From assembly GCA_035370405.1 (NCBI GenBank), contig DAOOVT010000001.1, positions 485 to 64,484 of the forward strand: a stretch of DNA of 64,000 bases, read 5' to 3'. The notes beneath the pieces were generated by a model. The model was not told the DNA's origin. It saw only the letters and a program-made list of their open reading frames with translations, and did no database searches. Each line of letters begins with the position of its first letter. Position 1 is the first letter of the stretch. The translations under genes were made by a program, and so were the position numbers. Of this stretch, positions 29,666 through 39,523 are shown in pieces. The stretch is from Candidatus Dojkabacteria bacterium (lineage in GTDB: Bacteria > Patescibacteriota > Dojkabacteria > SC72).

Positions 29666-31225
29666 TTACACACCATCAAATATTGCTTCTATCTTCTTAT
29701 TAAAATTTCTTGGACTAGGTTTAACATCTTTTTTCACATCGCTTTTTTCTGAACTTGGTAAATTCCTCAAAACAAACTCTGCATCCGATTTATCAACTGG
29801 CTTAATAGACGCATTCACTTTACAACTAACACTACATGTTGTTCCATAGACCCTATTGAACACCTCTGATATTATATTCCTACTCTTTGGAATCTCTATC
29901 CTTTCCTTATGAAATTCAAAAGGAACCTCTAAATTAATGACACCCTTTTCAAAAGAAATTATATTTGCTCCACCAAGAAATGCGTACAAATGCCCATTAT
30001 ATGGTTTTATCTCCGCAATGAAAGTATCCCACTTCGCCCTAACTTCATTGACTGAAATACTACAATTATCAGAAGGCTCATGCTTCTCACTACTCTCTTT
30101 CACCTCCGTTCTTTTAATCTTATTCTTCACATCTTTATTAATCATTGCTATATCAGTATTTACTACTGGCTTCATCATCTCTGGAATAATCATCTCCAAT
30201 ACCAACATTTGATTCCCCGCATACTTAATTCTATTCTCAGCCTCCAAAAACAAATTTATCAACTTGTGTACTGTATGAATATCACACTCCTCCATAAACC
30301 TATATTCCTTCCTCATGCTCCCCCTTATCTTCTCGGAAAGAATCTCTTGAAGTATATCCAAAACATACTCTGTAAATTGTTGCAAATTTGTTCCCGACTC
30401 CTCCAAAGAATTCAAAATATCTAGACATTTGGAACCATTTCCCTCAATCAAATATTTTAGCAAAAGCATTACCTTTTCAGACTCAGGTAATCCCAAAACT
30501 TTCCTAACCTCCTCGATTGTTATTTCATTATCTTTAACATCCTGCCCACTATATACAACATCCAAAATAGACAAAGCATCTCTATAACTGCCTTCAGCTT
30601 TTCTAACTATTATATCCACAGCTTCATCAGGCATCAAAATTTTTTCACTTTTCAAAACCTTTTTTATTAAATTCCTAACCTCTTCATCAGTACCAAGTCT
30701 AAAATCATACCTCTGACACCTCGACAATATTGTTGGAGGAAGCTTATATACATCTGTAGTAGCCAATATGAAAACTACATGAGCAGGTGGCTCCTCTAAA
30801 GTCTTAAGAAGAGCATTAAAAGCCTCTGTTGTAAGCATATGGACTTCATCTATTATATATACCTTATACTTTCCTTCAGATGGTGAAAATTCTATCTTCT
30901 CTTTTAACTCTCGTATCTGATCAATCCCTCTATTTGAAGCTGCATCTATTTCAATTAAATCCAAAAACCTTCCATCTGTTATACTCCTACAATTCTCGCA
31001 TTCATTACATGGATTACCATCTCTCTGAGGATTAAGACAATTTATTGCTTTCGCTAAAATTCTTGCTGTAGAAGTTTTCCCAGTCCCTCTAGAACCAACA
31101 AATAGATAAGCTTGAGCTATCTTATTCTTTCTTACAGCATTCTTAAGAAGCCTTACAACATTCTCTTGCCCATACAATTCATCAAAATTTTGAGCTCTGT
31201 ATTTTTGGTATAAAACAGAAGACAT
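29666..31225 (-). CDS. dnaX: DNA polymerase III subunit gamma/tau.
   Basis: AYLFVGSRGTGKTSTARILAKAINC (AAA+ Walker A plus the zinc module CNECENC). Clamp-loader box VYIIDEVHMLT. Confidence 0.9.
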   Translation of the reverse strand: MSSVLYQKYRAQNFDELYGQENVVRLLKNAVRKNKIAQAYLFVGSRGTGKTSTARILAKAINCLNPQRDGNPCNECENCRSITDGRFLDLIEIDAASNRGIDQIRELKEKIEFSPSEGKYKVYIIDEVHMLTTEAFNALLKTLEEPPAHVVFILATTDVYKLPPTILSRCQRYDFRLGTDEEVRNLIKKVLKSEKILMPDEAVDIIVRKAEGSYRDALSILDVVYSGQDVKDNEITIEEVRKVLGLPESEKVMLLLKYLIEGNGSKCLDILNSLEESGTNLQQFTEYVLDILQEILSEKIRGSMRKEYRFMEECDIHTVHKLINLFLEAENRIKYAGNQMLVLEMIIPEMMKPVVNTDIAMINKDVKNKIKRTEVKESSEKHEPSDNCSISVNEVRAKWDTFIAEIKPYNGHLYAFLGGANIISFEKGVINLEVPFEFHKERIEIPKSRNIISEVFNRVYGTTCSVSCKVNASIKPVDKSDAEFVLRNLPSSEKSDVKKDVKPSPRNFNKKIEAIFDGV

Positions 31226-31270
31226 GATGTGTATATACTAAACGAACCGAAACCATTTGCCAAGTGAACT

Positions 31271-33694
31271 TTATTTACTCACAGGCTTTAGCCTTGATAC
31301 TGCCTCATTAAGCATCTCTGTATACAGACCATAACCAACCGAATTAATAGCCCCTGACTGATTCCTCCCTAAAATATCACCCGCTCCTCTGATTTCTAAA
31401 TCTTTATTTGAAAGCAAGAAACCAGATCCAAGCTCCTGCGAATTTCTTATCGCATCAAGCCTCAACCTTGCATTCCCCTTTAATTTCTCATAGTAGAAAT
31501 AAGCATATGCTTGAACTTTAGATCTTCCTATCCTTCCTCTTATCTGATATGCCTGAGAAAGCCCTAACATTGTCATATCGTCTACTATTAAAGTATTAAC
31601 ATTTGGAATATCTAACCCATTCTCTATTATCGTAGTACAAAGCAAAATATCTATATCTCCATCAATAAACTGGGTCATTACATCAGATAAATTTTGTACA
31701 CTCATTTGCCCATGAGCAATAGCCACCTTATGATGAGGGAACATTTTAATCAATTCGTTATACACATACTCTATAGTTCCAATCCTATTATGCAAAAAAT
31801 ACACTTGCCCACCTCTTTTCAATTCAAATTCAATTGCATTTTTAACACTTTCCCAATTGAATTTTTCGAACCTGTTAATTATTTCCAACCTACCAAGAGG
31901 AGGTGTTGCCAATACAGAAATATCCCGAATTCCAAGAAGTGCCATATTCAAAGTCCTTGGAATTGGTGTAGCAGTTAATGATAATACATTACACATAATC
32001 CTCTTTGACTTAATTTTTTCTTTCTGCTTAACTCCAAATTTCTGCTCTTCATCAACAATTAATAATCCTAAATTTTTGAAATCTACAGAATCATCTAAAA
32101 GACTATGCGTCCCTACCACAATATCAATCACCCCATCTTTCAAATCATTCAAAACTTTAGACCTCTCCTTTGATCGTACAAATCTAGACAAACAAGCTAT
32201 TTTAAATGGATAATTTTTAAATCTATCCTGCAAAGTTCGATAATGCTGTTGCGTCAATATCGTAGTAGGGGCCAAAAAAACAACCTGATATCCAGCATTT
32301 ACAGCTGCAAATATGGCACGCATTGCAATTTCTGTCTTCCCATAGCCTACATCTCCTACAAGAAGTCTATCCATAGGCTTACTTCTTTGAAAATCAGAAA
32401 CTATGTGCATAGTTGCTAAAATCTGATCATCGGTATCTTCAAATCTAAACTGCTTTACAAACAAATTCAACTCCTCTATATCACTTTTATCCTTAATAAC
32501 TGGTTCAACTTTTTGTGTCTCCCTGAGAGAATATAGCTGAAGCAATTCTCTAGCAACTTCTTCTGCTCTCTCCTTTGCCTTTTTAGAAATTCTTCGCCAT
32601 AACCCACTATTCAAACCTGTAAGAATTGGCTTTCCTCTACCTGCTCCAATATATTTGGTAATTTTCCCAGATGCACTTGGAGGAACAAAAAGTCTATCTT
32701 CACCAGCATAAGCTATTTCTAAATAATATCTAGAATCCCTTTCTTTTATTCCAACATATTTACCAATTCCATGATCCTTATGTACAACATAATCACCTGG
32801 AACTATTTTCTTTAAAATTTCAGCCGTAGATAAATCCGTCGTATTTTTGAAATCTTCAAAATCAGATAAATCTATCTCTCCTGCGACCTCTCTATCCGTT
32901 AAAACTACAATTTTGGATATTCCAGAAACAAAGCCTTCACTAATGTTATGTTGCTCTGAATCTTTTCTTAAAATCACTTCATCTATGCATGACTCTTCAT
33001 ATTCATAATTATCTGTGTTGCTTGTAAAATAAACAATCTTGTACCCACGTGTTTTGTAATTTTGAATGATTTTCCAAATATTTTTAGGAGAATAATAGCT
33101 TTGAGCACCAGGTATTTTGTCTATTTTTAAATTGATACTTTTTGATTGGTCTTCTTCATCTTTTGCGATGTATATACGGATATAATCATTGTGTTCATCA
33201 TTTCCTATGACTACAGAAGAGCAATTATCTAGGAATAGTTTTCTTTTCAATTCCCCGATTTTTTTCCTGCTAAGGACCTCTATGATGTCCATGGTTTCAA
33301 TATTTTTGCCCAAGAGTGAGAATCTGATTAAATTATCAGAATTGAATGGCCAGATTACTATAACATCTCCTAGTATGGATATTTCGCCTTCATTCCATAC
33401 TCTTTCTACTCTTTGATATCCTAGCTTTATGAAGTCATCGAGAATGAATTTATCCCCTACACTTAAAAGCAATTGAGAGGTTTGTGGATTTTCCAAGTTA
33501 TTACTGCTTGATTCCAAAATCCACACATTTTTGTTTAAGATTTCACCAAGAAGTTCGGAGGCAAGTTGATAGAAGTCGGGATCAATCCCCGAAATTTTCT
33601 TAAGCGAGAGAATGTCCTCCGCTAAATGTTGGTATCCCTCGGCAAGCGACTTCAATAGCAATTTATATCCTGTATTAATACTTTCCACAGGCAT
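31271..33694 (-). CDS. mfd: Transcription-repair coupling factor Mfd, short form (807 aa).
   Basis: CarD/TRCF domain (GDYVVHKDHGIGKYVGI). SF2 helicase motifs (LLVGDVGYGKTEIAMRA; LLIVDEEQKFG). C-terminal TRCF region. It lacks most of the UvrB-homology N-terminal domains. Confidence 0.7.
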   Translation of the reverse strand: MPVESINTGYKLLLKSLAEGYQHLAEDILSLKKISGIDPDFYQLASELLGEILNKNVWILESSSNNLENPQTSQLLLSVGDKFILDDFIKLGYQRVERVWNEGEISILGDVIVIWPFNSDNLIRFSLLGKNIETMDIIEVLSRKKIGELKRKLFLDNCSSVVIGNDEHNDYIRIYIAKDEEDQSKSINLKIDKIPGAQSYYSPKNIWKIIQNYKTRGYKIVYFTSNTDNYEYEESCIDEVILRKDSEQHNISEGFVSGISKIVVLTDREVAGEIDLSDFEDFKNTTDLSTAEILKKIVPGDYVVHKDHGIGKYVGIKERDSRYYLEIAYAGEDRLFVPPSASGKITKYIGAGRGKPILTGLNSGLWRRISKKAKERAEEVARELLQLYSLRETQKVEPVIKDKSDIEELNLFVKQFRFEDTDDQILATMHIVSDFQRSKPMDRLLVGDVGYGKTEIAMRAIFAAVNAGYQVVFLAPTTILTQQHYRTLQDRFKNYPFKIACLSRFVRSKERSKVLNDLKDGVIDIVVGTHSLLDDSVDFKNLGLLIVDEEQKFGVKQKEKIKSKRIMCNVLSLTATPIPRTLNMALLGIRDISVLATPPLGRLEIINRFEKFNWESVKNAIEFELKRGGQVYFLHNRIGTIEYVYNELIKMFPHHKVAIAHGQMSVQNLSDVMTQFIDGDIDILLCTTIIENGLDIPNVNTLIVDDMTMLGLSQAYQIRGRIGRSKVQAYAYFYYEKLKGNARLRLDAIRNSQELGSGFLLSNKDLEIRGAGDILGRNQSGAINSVGYGLYTEMLNEAVSRLKPVSK

Positions 33695-33710
33695 ATTTTA
33701 TCACACTCAA

Positions 33711-34023
33711 GGTTCTACCTGGGTATAACAAGAGTTTAGTTATTGCGAATGTAAAGAGGTTTTCGCAATATTCGAACTCCAAAATGTTCGAGGTGAAAAA
33801 TGAATAATCCATATCTTTTTCCTTTTAGAACGGCTTTATTTCCTCTTTTAGGGTGAGCCTAGGTTCACCCTTTACATTAAGTTTTTCCTATTCCCACACA
33901 ATTTTTTCTAAAAATTACTTTGATTTTTTCCTGTTTTTGTGCACCTCCTACTAGCATCAATAATACTTATATGTAGGCATATTTACACATATTATTAGCT
34001 TTAGGTTGGACCTAGGTAGAACC
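33711..34023. repeat. A 13-bp inverted repeat pair bracketing an approximately 300 bp intergenic segment, with an internal CCTAGG-centred palindrome.
   Basis: GGTTCTACCTGGG at 33711-33723 against CCTAGGTAGAACC at 34011-34023, with one mismatch. GGGTGAgCCTAGGtTCACCC at 33851-33870. ATTGCGAA-N13-TTCGCAAT at about 33742-33770. Confidence 0.4.
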
Positions 34024-34088
34024 TGGCCTAAATTGTAGCGAACTGTAGTATAATGATCTATTAATTTAAAACCATTCAGTCTTCATCA

Positions 34089-35288
34089 ATGATTATCGCA
34101 CACGCGCCGATAGCTTACATATCAAACCAAATCATCCAGAAAAAAAGGATACGATCCTTAAAAACTCAGGAGCAATATATTATCTCTCTTCTCTCTTTAT
34201 TTTTTGGGATATTACCTGATTTCGATTTTTTTCTAGCGTTACTTCTAAATATTCCAACTTATCAGCACCACCAAATGCTCACTCATTTCCCTATTCTCTA
34301 TATATCATTATGGATTCTTCTCAAACTTTTTACGAAGCCAATATTTAACATAATCAACAAAAAGAATCAGAATGCCATTTCTCTCAATTTTTTGAATATA
34401 ATTGCAGATACATTTCTAATTTCTACCATGTCACATTTACTTACAGATACTAGCATAGCATTTCTATATCCTTTCTTAGACATTAAATTTGGCATACTTG
34501 ACTTAGTCAACATAGAAAATCTCTTCATCCCATACATTCTTTCTCCCCTATTCGCACTAGAAATCCTTGCAATTTTTGTATTCATTACAATGATTTACAA
34601 AAAAATCCTGAAAACTAATCGTTTTGTGAATGTAGTTTTAAAGGTATTCACTTGCATTTCCATCGTTTTCTTCATATTTATGATGATAGTATCTCAGTAC
34701 ACATACAATAATACACAGATGAAAGATGCTAACAACGATATAGATTATGATAAATTAATAGATTCGGAGGATATGGATATCGGGAATGATGGAAAAAACA
34801 ACCTGTTAAAAGCCGATCCTGTCAATATATCTGATTGTGCACTAAATATTGTAAATTCGCATAAATGGACAAATAATCCAAAAACTCATTATTTCTTTGG
34901 AGGATTTGATGCATATAGATTGATATCTCAAACATATTTTGATGCTCATCTTCCTATGGAGCCAGTACTTAATGACTATATTGTAAAAAGTAGTGATAAC
35001 AAAGGATATCCTCCGAAGAATACTAATTATGTAACTACACTATTCAATTATTTCCAGAGTCAGGATAATTTAATTGAATTGAATACTGAGCAATCAGTTG
35101 GACTTCCTTATGGCAAATTAATATTTATCCAAGAAAATTCAGGAACTATTATTAATGTAGGAATTACACTTGAAGGTAATAATATAGCTATTGTCCTTCC
35201 TGATGACAAGGTATTACAAATGCACGGATACAACATACTTCTTGAAATGTACGCTAAAGAGGACAACAAAATCTATATTCAAAAATAA
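34089..35288 (+). CDS. Membrane protein with an N-terminal DUF457/YdjM-like (membrane-bound metal-dependent hydrolase-like) domain and a C-terminal soluble domain.
   Basis: LPDFDFF and HHQMLTHFP resemble the YdjM family LPDIDH...H..THS motifs, though partly degenerate. Five TM helices. A TATAAT box at 34049-34054. Confidence 0.35.
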   Translation: MIIAHAPIAYISNQIIQKKRIRSLKTQEQYIISLLSLFFGILPDFDFFLALLLNIPTYQHHQMLTHFPILYISLWILLKLFTKPIFNIINKKNQNAISLNFLNIIADTFLISTMSHLLTDTSIAFLYPFLDIKFGILDLVNIENLFIPYILSPLFALEILAIFVFITMIYKKILKTNRFVNVVLKVFTCISIVFFIFMMIVSQYTYNNTQMKDANNDIDYDKLIDSEDMDIGNDGKNNLLKADPVNISDCALNIVNSHKWTNNPKTHYFFGGFDAYRLISQTYFDAHLPMEPVLNDYIVKSSDNKGYPPKNTNYVTTLFNYFQSQDNLIELNTEQSVGLPYGKLIFIQENSGTIINVGITLEGNNIAIVLPDDKVLQMHGYNILLEMYAKEDNKIYIQK

Positions 35289-35852
35289 TTAGCTTAGTAT
35301 TAAAGGTATTATACTCTCGATTGTTTTTTCAATTACATTATCTAGGATTTTTCTCTCTTCCTCTGTAAAATTCATTAGCACAAAATCTTCTCCATTAATT
35401 TCATCATCAATCCTACTTTCAATTCCAATCCTAATGCTAGTAAATTCATCCGTTTTAAGCCTGTTAATTATATCATTAACACCATTATGCCCATGAGGAC
35501 CTTTTCCTACTTGGATCTTAGATTTTCCAAGCTCTATATCTAAATCATCATGTATCAGCATAAAATTATTCTTCAAATCTAGGACTTTATGAATTTTAAT
35601 TAACTTCAAAACTGCACTACCAGAATTGTTCATATATGTTTGAGGCTTTTGCAATATCGCTTTCACTTCACTTCCCAACTTTAAAAAAGAAGTTTCAGAA
35701 TTAGAAAATTTATCCTGCTTCCATTCTGTCATGTAAAATTCATTTAGACTATTTAGCCTTTCATACAAAGAGTCTATGCAGATAAATCCTGCATTATGTC
35801 TTGTGTTTTTGTATTTTTCTCCCGGATTTCCCAACCCCGTTATTAATTTCAT
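35289..35852 (-). CDS. pth: Peptidyl-tRNA hydrolase.
   Basis: MKLITGLGNPGEKYKNTRHNAGF, the canonical Pth N-terminus. Confidence 0.9.
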   Translation of the reverse strand: MKLITGLGNPGEKYKNTRHNAGFICIDSLYERLNSLNEFYMTEWKQDKFSNSETSFLKLGSEVKAILQKPQTYMNNSGSAVLKLIKIHKVLDLKNNFMLIHDDLDIELGKSKIQVGKGPHGHNGVNDIINRLKTDEFTSIRIGIESRIDDEINGEDFVLMNFTEEERKILDNVIEKTIESIIPLILS

Positions 35853-36282
35853 TTTGTATATTTTGTAATATATTTTCTTGCATTACAAACATTTCTTCTA
35901 ATTCCACACTTCTTTCATCGAACCCATCATTATGATTATATCCTGAAATATGGAGAATTCCATGAATAATATTGCGTAGAATTTCATCTTCAAAATTTTT
36001 CTCTCCAATATTTGCATACACAAATTCAGGGCATACATATACTTCCGCAGGAAGTCCCTGTCCATAAGGGTCAAAAGATAACACATCTGTAACACAATCT
36101 TGTTTCCTAAACTGTTTGTTAAGCCCCTTTATATACTCAGAACTAACAAATATGATATTCACACAGGAAATATTTTGTACATCAAAATTCTTCTCTAACA
36201 AAAGGCTTAAATTATCCTTTGAAAATCCAACAATATTTGATACTCTTAGCAATTCTTGCCAATTGAAAATCTTTACTTCCAT
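35794..36282 (-). CDS. ybeY: rRNA maturation endoribonuclease YbeY.
   Basis: HGILHISGYNH (the H3xH5xH zinc motif). The 3' end overlaps the pth start by 59 nt. Confidence 0.8.
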   Translation of the reverse strand: MEVKIFNWQELLRVSNIVGFSKDNLSLLLEKNFDVQNISCVNIIFVSSEYIKGLNKQFRKQDCVTDVLSFDPYGQGLPAEVYVCPEFVYANIGEKNFEDEILRNIIHGILHISGYNHNDGFDERSVELEEMFVMQENILQNIQNEINNGVGKSGRKIQKHKT

Positions 36283-36290
36283 ACTATTCG

Positions 36291-36725
36291 TTATTTTAGT
36301 AGTGATTCCACAATACTTTTTACCATACTACCATCTGCTCTTCCTTTCACTTCTTTCATAACCGCTCCTATAATCTTCCCAATATTATCATCACCCATTT
36401 CTTTAATTTTTTCTAATGCCAAATCTTTAATCGCATCCTCACTCATAGGCTCAGGAAGATATTTTTTCAAAAGATCTAATTGTTCCTTTTCTACTTCCAA
36501 CAAATCCTTTCTCCCCATTTTCTCAAATTGTTCTATCGAATCAACTATTTTTTTCGTTTCTCTTTTAATCTCCTCTATTATTTCTTCTTCATTCAGAGTA
36601 TGACCAATTTCAACCTCTTTATTTTTAATCTCAGATAAAACAATCCTAAGAATATTAGCCTTATTTTCTTGGCCATTCTTTGCAAAATCAAACATATTTT
36701 TTCGCAGACTTTCCACTGACAACAT
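36291..36725 (-). CDS. GatB/YqeY domain protein.
   Basis: 144 aa, typical YqeY length and composition. It sits immediately downstream of rpsU, a conserved pairing. Confidence 0.7.
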   Translation of the reverse strand: MLSVESLRKNMFDFAKNGQENKANILRIVLSEIKNKEVEIGHTLNEEEIIEEIKRETKKIVDSIEQFEKMGRKDLLEVEKEQLDLLKKYLPEPMSEDAIKDLALEKIKEMGDDNIGKIIGAVMKEVKGRADGSMVKSIVESLLK

Positions 36726-36744
36726 AGCTAGAGATAACTACAAC

Positions 36745-36945
36745 TTATCTTGCCCTTCTAGATGCAGCCCTTCTTCTTCTCTTCATTTTCGCCCATTCTC
36801 TTCTCTTTGCAATTTTCAAATCTGCTTTTTTGATTCTGTAAGCCTTGTTTTTATAGGTCTCAAGAATCTTTTCTCTTAGAACTTCCCTATGGAGCCTTTT
36901 AAGCGCACTATCTATATTTTCATTAGAGTGTACTATTACTGACAT
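36745..36945 (-). CDS. rpsU: 30S ribosomal protein S21.
   Basis: 66 aa. A basic C-terminus KRREWAKMKRRRRAASRRAR. N-terminus MSVIVHSNENIDSALKRL. Confidence 0.85.
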   Translation of the reverse strand: MSVIVHSNENIDSALKRLHREVLREKILETYKNKAYRIKKADLKIAKRREWAKMKRRRRAASRRAR

Positions 36946-37010
36946 ATAACCTCCTTTTAATTAATATCTTCCGTGGATTATATCATACAAGAATCAAGTT
37001 CACTACATAT

Positions 37011-38171
37011 TTAACCAAACATGCTTTTAATTTCATCTATGTTTAAGATATCCTTTACCATAACTGCAACAGTCAAAAGCATCAAAAATATGAAGCTGAG
37101 ATTGATAATTATAGCTTCAATATTCTTGTTCAAATCTTTTCTAAACAGGCCCTCCAGAAACAAAATAAATACTCTTCCCCCATCTAATGCTGGTATAGGA
37201 AGAATATTCATAATGGCTAATGACAAAGAAAGATCAGCAACTACCCCTAAGAATGCAATAATTCCATCTTTTTTGAAACTACTAAGTACATAATACATAC
37301 CAATTGGACCAGAGACTGAATTGGATAAATCAGAATAATCACCAGTGCTTTTCGCCTCTGTAAACATATCAGATAGCAATATCCCCATTAATCGAACATT
37401 ATTAATTAGATGAGAAAATCCTGCACTCCCCTTATGCTCCGAATAGGAAACAAAGTACACATAATTTGGAACAGTGATAATTCCTATAAATCCTTCAGAT
37501 GATACTTGAACATTATAATCTTGGCATATTTTCTCCGCATCAACTGTACACACATTCATACTAATAACTTCATCTTTATTCTCTTTGATGATCTTCGAAA
37601 TATCATCACTGTATTCAACACTAATGCCATCTATTGAAACAATACTCCCTTTCGCTGGCATTCCTGCTTTCTCTGCATTACCACCCTCCTTTAGTTCAAT
37701 ATACTCTGCATCACCTACCTTCTCTCTCCCTATACTTGCTCCTACTGCACTAAAATTTGATAAATCAATACTAACATACAATTTCCACCCAGAATTTCCT
37801 AAAACAATATAATACACAGATACCGCTAACAACAAATTCATTGCTACACCAGCCAGCATCACATAAATTTGCTGTATCTTACTCCTTGTTGCTAAATTTG
37901 CATTTTTTAAAAGCTCTTTGCTCACTTTCTCTTCTTCTCCAGGATCACCATCTCCCAAAATCTTCACATAACCACCAATTGGAAAAGCACGAATACAATA
38001 AAGAGTCCCTTTATGCCTTTTCCCAACAATTTTAGGACCAAAACCCAATGAAAATTCAAACACTTTCACACCTATTGATCTAGCAGCTAAAAAATGGCCG
38101 AACTCGTGTATAAAAACAAGAAGCCCAAGAACAACAACAACCAAAAGTATATTAATTATGAAATCAAACAT
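37011..38171 (-). CDS. rseP: RIP metalloprotease RseP (site-2 protease, M50 family) with a PDZ domain.
   Basis: HEFGHFLAAR (HExxH in TM1), a PDZ-like middle region, and a C-terminal LDGG motif. Confidence 0.85.
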   Translation of the reverse strand: MFDFIINILLVVVVLGLLVFIHEFGHFLAARSIGVKVFEFSLGFGPKIVGKRHKGTLYCIRAFPIGGYVKILGDGDPGEEEKVSKELLKNANLATRSKIQQIYVMLAGVAMNLLLAVSVYYIVLGNSGWKLYVSIDLSNFSAVGASIGREKVGDAEYIELKEGGNAEKAGMPAKGSIVSIDGISVEYSDDISKIIKENKDEVISMNVCTVDAEKICQDYNVQVSSEGFIGIITVPNYVYFVSYSEHKGSAGFSHLINNVRLMGILLSDMFTEAKSTGDYSDLSNSVSGPIGMYYVLSSFKKDGIIAFLGVVADLSLSLAIMNILPIPALDGGRVFILFLEGLFRKDLNKNIEAIIINLSFIFLMLLTVAVMVKDILNIDEIKSMFG

Positions 38172-38187
38172 ATTTGTACATCACATA

Positions 38188-38733
38188 TTATATCGTCAAT
38201 AAGTCCTTCTCCTTATCTTCCCTCATTTCCTCTATCAAAGCATTTGTATCCTTTACAATCTTCTCTATCTCATTGCGCAGTCTATCAGCTTCATCTTCTG
38301 ACAATCCACTCTTCTCCTCCTCATCAACTTCCTTCATATATTTCTGCCTAACTTGGCGAACTGCTATTCGCCCATCTTCTATCCTATCCTTCATAATTTT
38401 TACATACTCCCTTCTTCTCTCTTCTGTCAAATCAGGTATTTTTACTAGCACTCTGTCACCCTCTATTATTGTCGAAAATCCTAGATTAGCAGAAGTAATA
38501 CCTTTCCCTATATTCTCAACTATTCCCTTATCCCAAGGCTGTATACATATCGTCTTAGAATCAATTATACTTATACTAGCAAGATTCTTGACAGGGGACT
38601 CAGTCTCATAGGCTTTAACTAGAATATCTTCTACTAATTCATTCGTAGCCCTCCCCGTTCGTATTTGTGAGAGGTCCTCTTTAATGTGGGAAACACACCT
38701 ATCTATATCTCTTTGAAAGGCTGTTAAATCCAT
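38188..38733 (-). CDS. frr: Ribosome recycling factor.
   Basis: 181 aa. RTGRATNELVEDILV...ISIIDSKTICIQPWD. Conserved position after tsf. Confidence 0.9.
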   Translation of the reverse strand: MDLTAFQRDIDRCVSHIKEDLSQIRTGRATNELVEDILVKAYETESPVKNLASISIIDSKTICIQPWDKGIVENIGKGITSANLGFSTIIEGDRVLVKIPDLTEERRREYVKIMKDRIEDGRIAVRQVRQKYMKEVDEEEKSGLSEDEADRLRNEIEKIVKDTNALIEEMREDKEKDLLTI

Positions 38734-38798
38734 ATATTTATATGTAAAATATTATGGATTCATTGTATACTAAATAGCACAATTCAACAAGCGGAATA

Positions 38799-39506
38799 CT
38801 ATTTCCCAAGCTCCCAGACAAGAATTCTAGAAATTTTTATAGGTTCTCCAAATTTTTGAATATTCTCATCCAAAAGAGACTGAATTGTTTTAGATTCATC
38901 CTTAAACCACTTTTGATCTAACAAACACTTTTCTGAATAGTACTTATTCAATTTTCCTTCAACAATTTTAGCAATCATTTCCTTTGGTTTATTCTCCTCT
39001 TCCGCTTCTCTTTGAAAAATTCCTTTAAGCTCCTCTATCTTTTCATTTGGGATATCATCCCTCTTAACGAATTCGGGCTTCATTGCTGCAACCTGAAGTG
39101 CGATCTCATGAGCAAATGCTCTAAAACCATCATTCTTTGAAACAAAATCTGTCTTACAATCAACCTCAGCAAGAGATACCAATCTTCCATCTTTCCCATG
39201 CACATAACACTCTATAACTCCCTCTACTTTCTCATCCTCTTCTACAGGAGAATCCCATCCTCTCTCTTTTATAATTTCCACTGCCTTCTCAAAATCCTTC
39301 CCAGCATCATCATAGGCTATCTTACACAACCCAATTTTTGCACCAGTCAAATTCCTTAACCTACTGATAACATCACTCCTTGCATTTACATACTCAACAG
39401 CTTTATTAAAATCACCGCCACTTTGCTCTAATGCTTCCTTACATAAACTAATACCAGCAGACGTTTTATCCCTCAAAGCTTTAATATCTTCTAATGATAC
39501 ACCCAT
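38799..39506 (-). CDS. tsf: Elongation factor Ts with a duplicated N-terminal UBA-like domain.
   Basis: Two tandem copies of the EF-Tu-binding N-terminal motif (IKALRDKTSAGISLCKEALEQSGGDFNKAVEY, then ISRLRNLTGAKIGLCKIAYDDAGKDFEKAVEI), followed by the EF-Ts core. Confidence 0.8.
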   Translation of the reverse strand: MGVSLEDIKALRDKTSAGISLCKEALEQSGGDFNKAVEYVNARSDVISRLRNLTGAKIGLCKIAYDDAGKDFEKAVEIIKERGWDSPVEEDEKVEGVIECYVHGKDGRLVSLAEVDCKTDFVSKNDGFRAFAHEIALQVAAMKPEFVKRDDIPNEKIEELKGIFQREAEEENKPKEMIAKIVEGKLNKYYSEKCLLDQKWFKDESKTIQSLLDENIQKFGEPIKISRILVWELGK

Positions 39507-39523
39507 AAAACTTGTATAATAAT

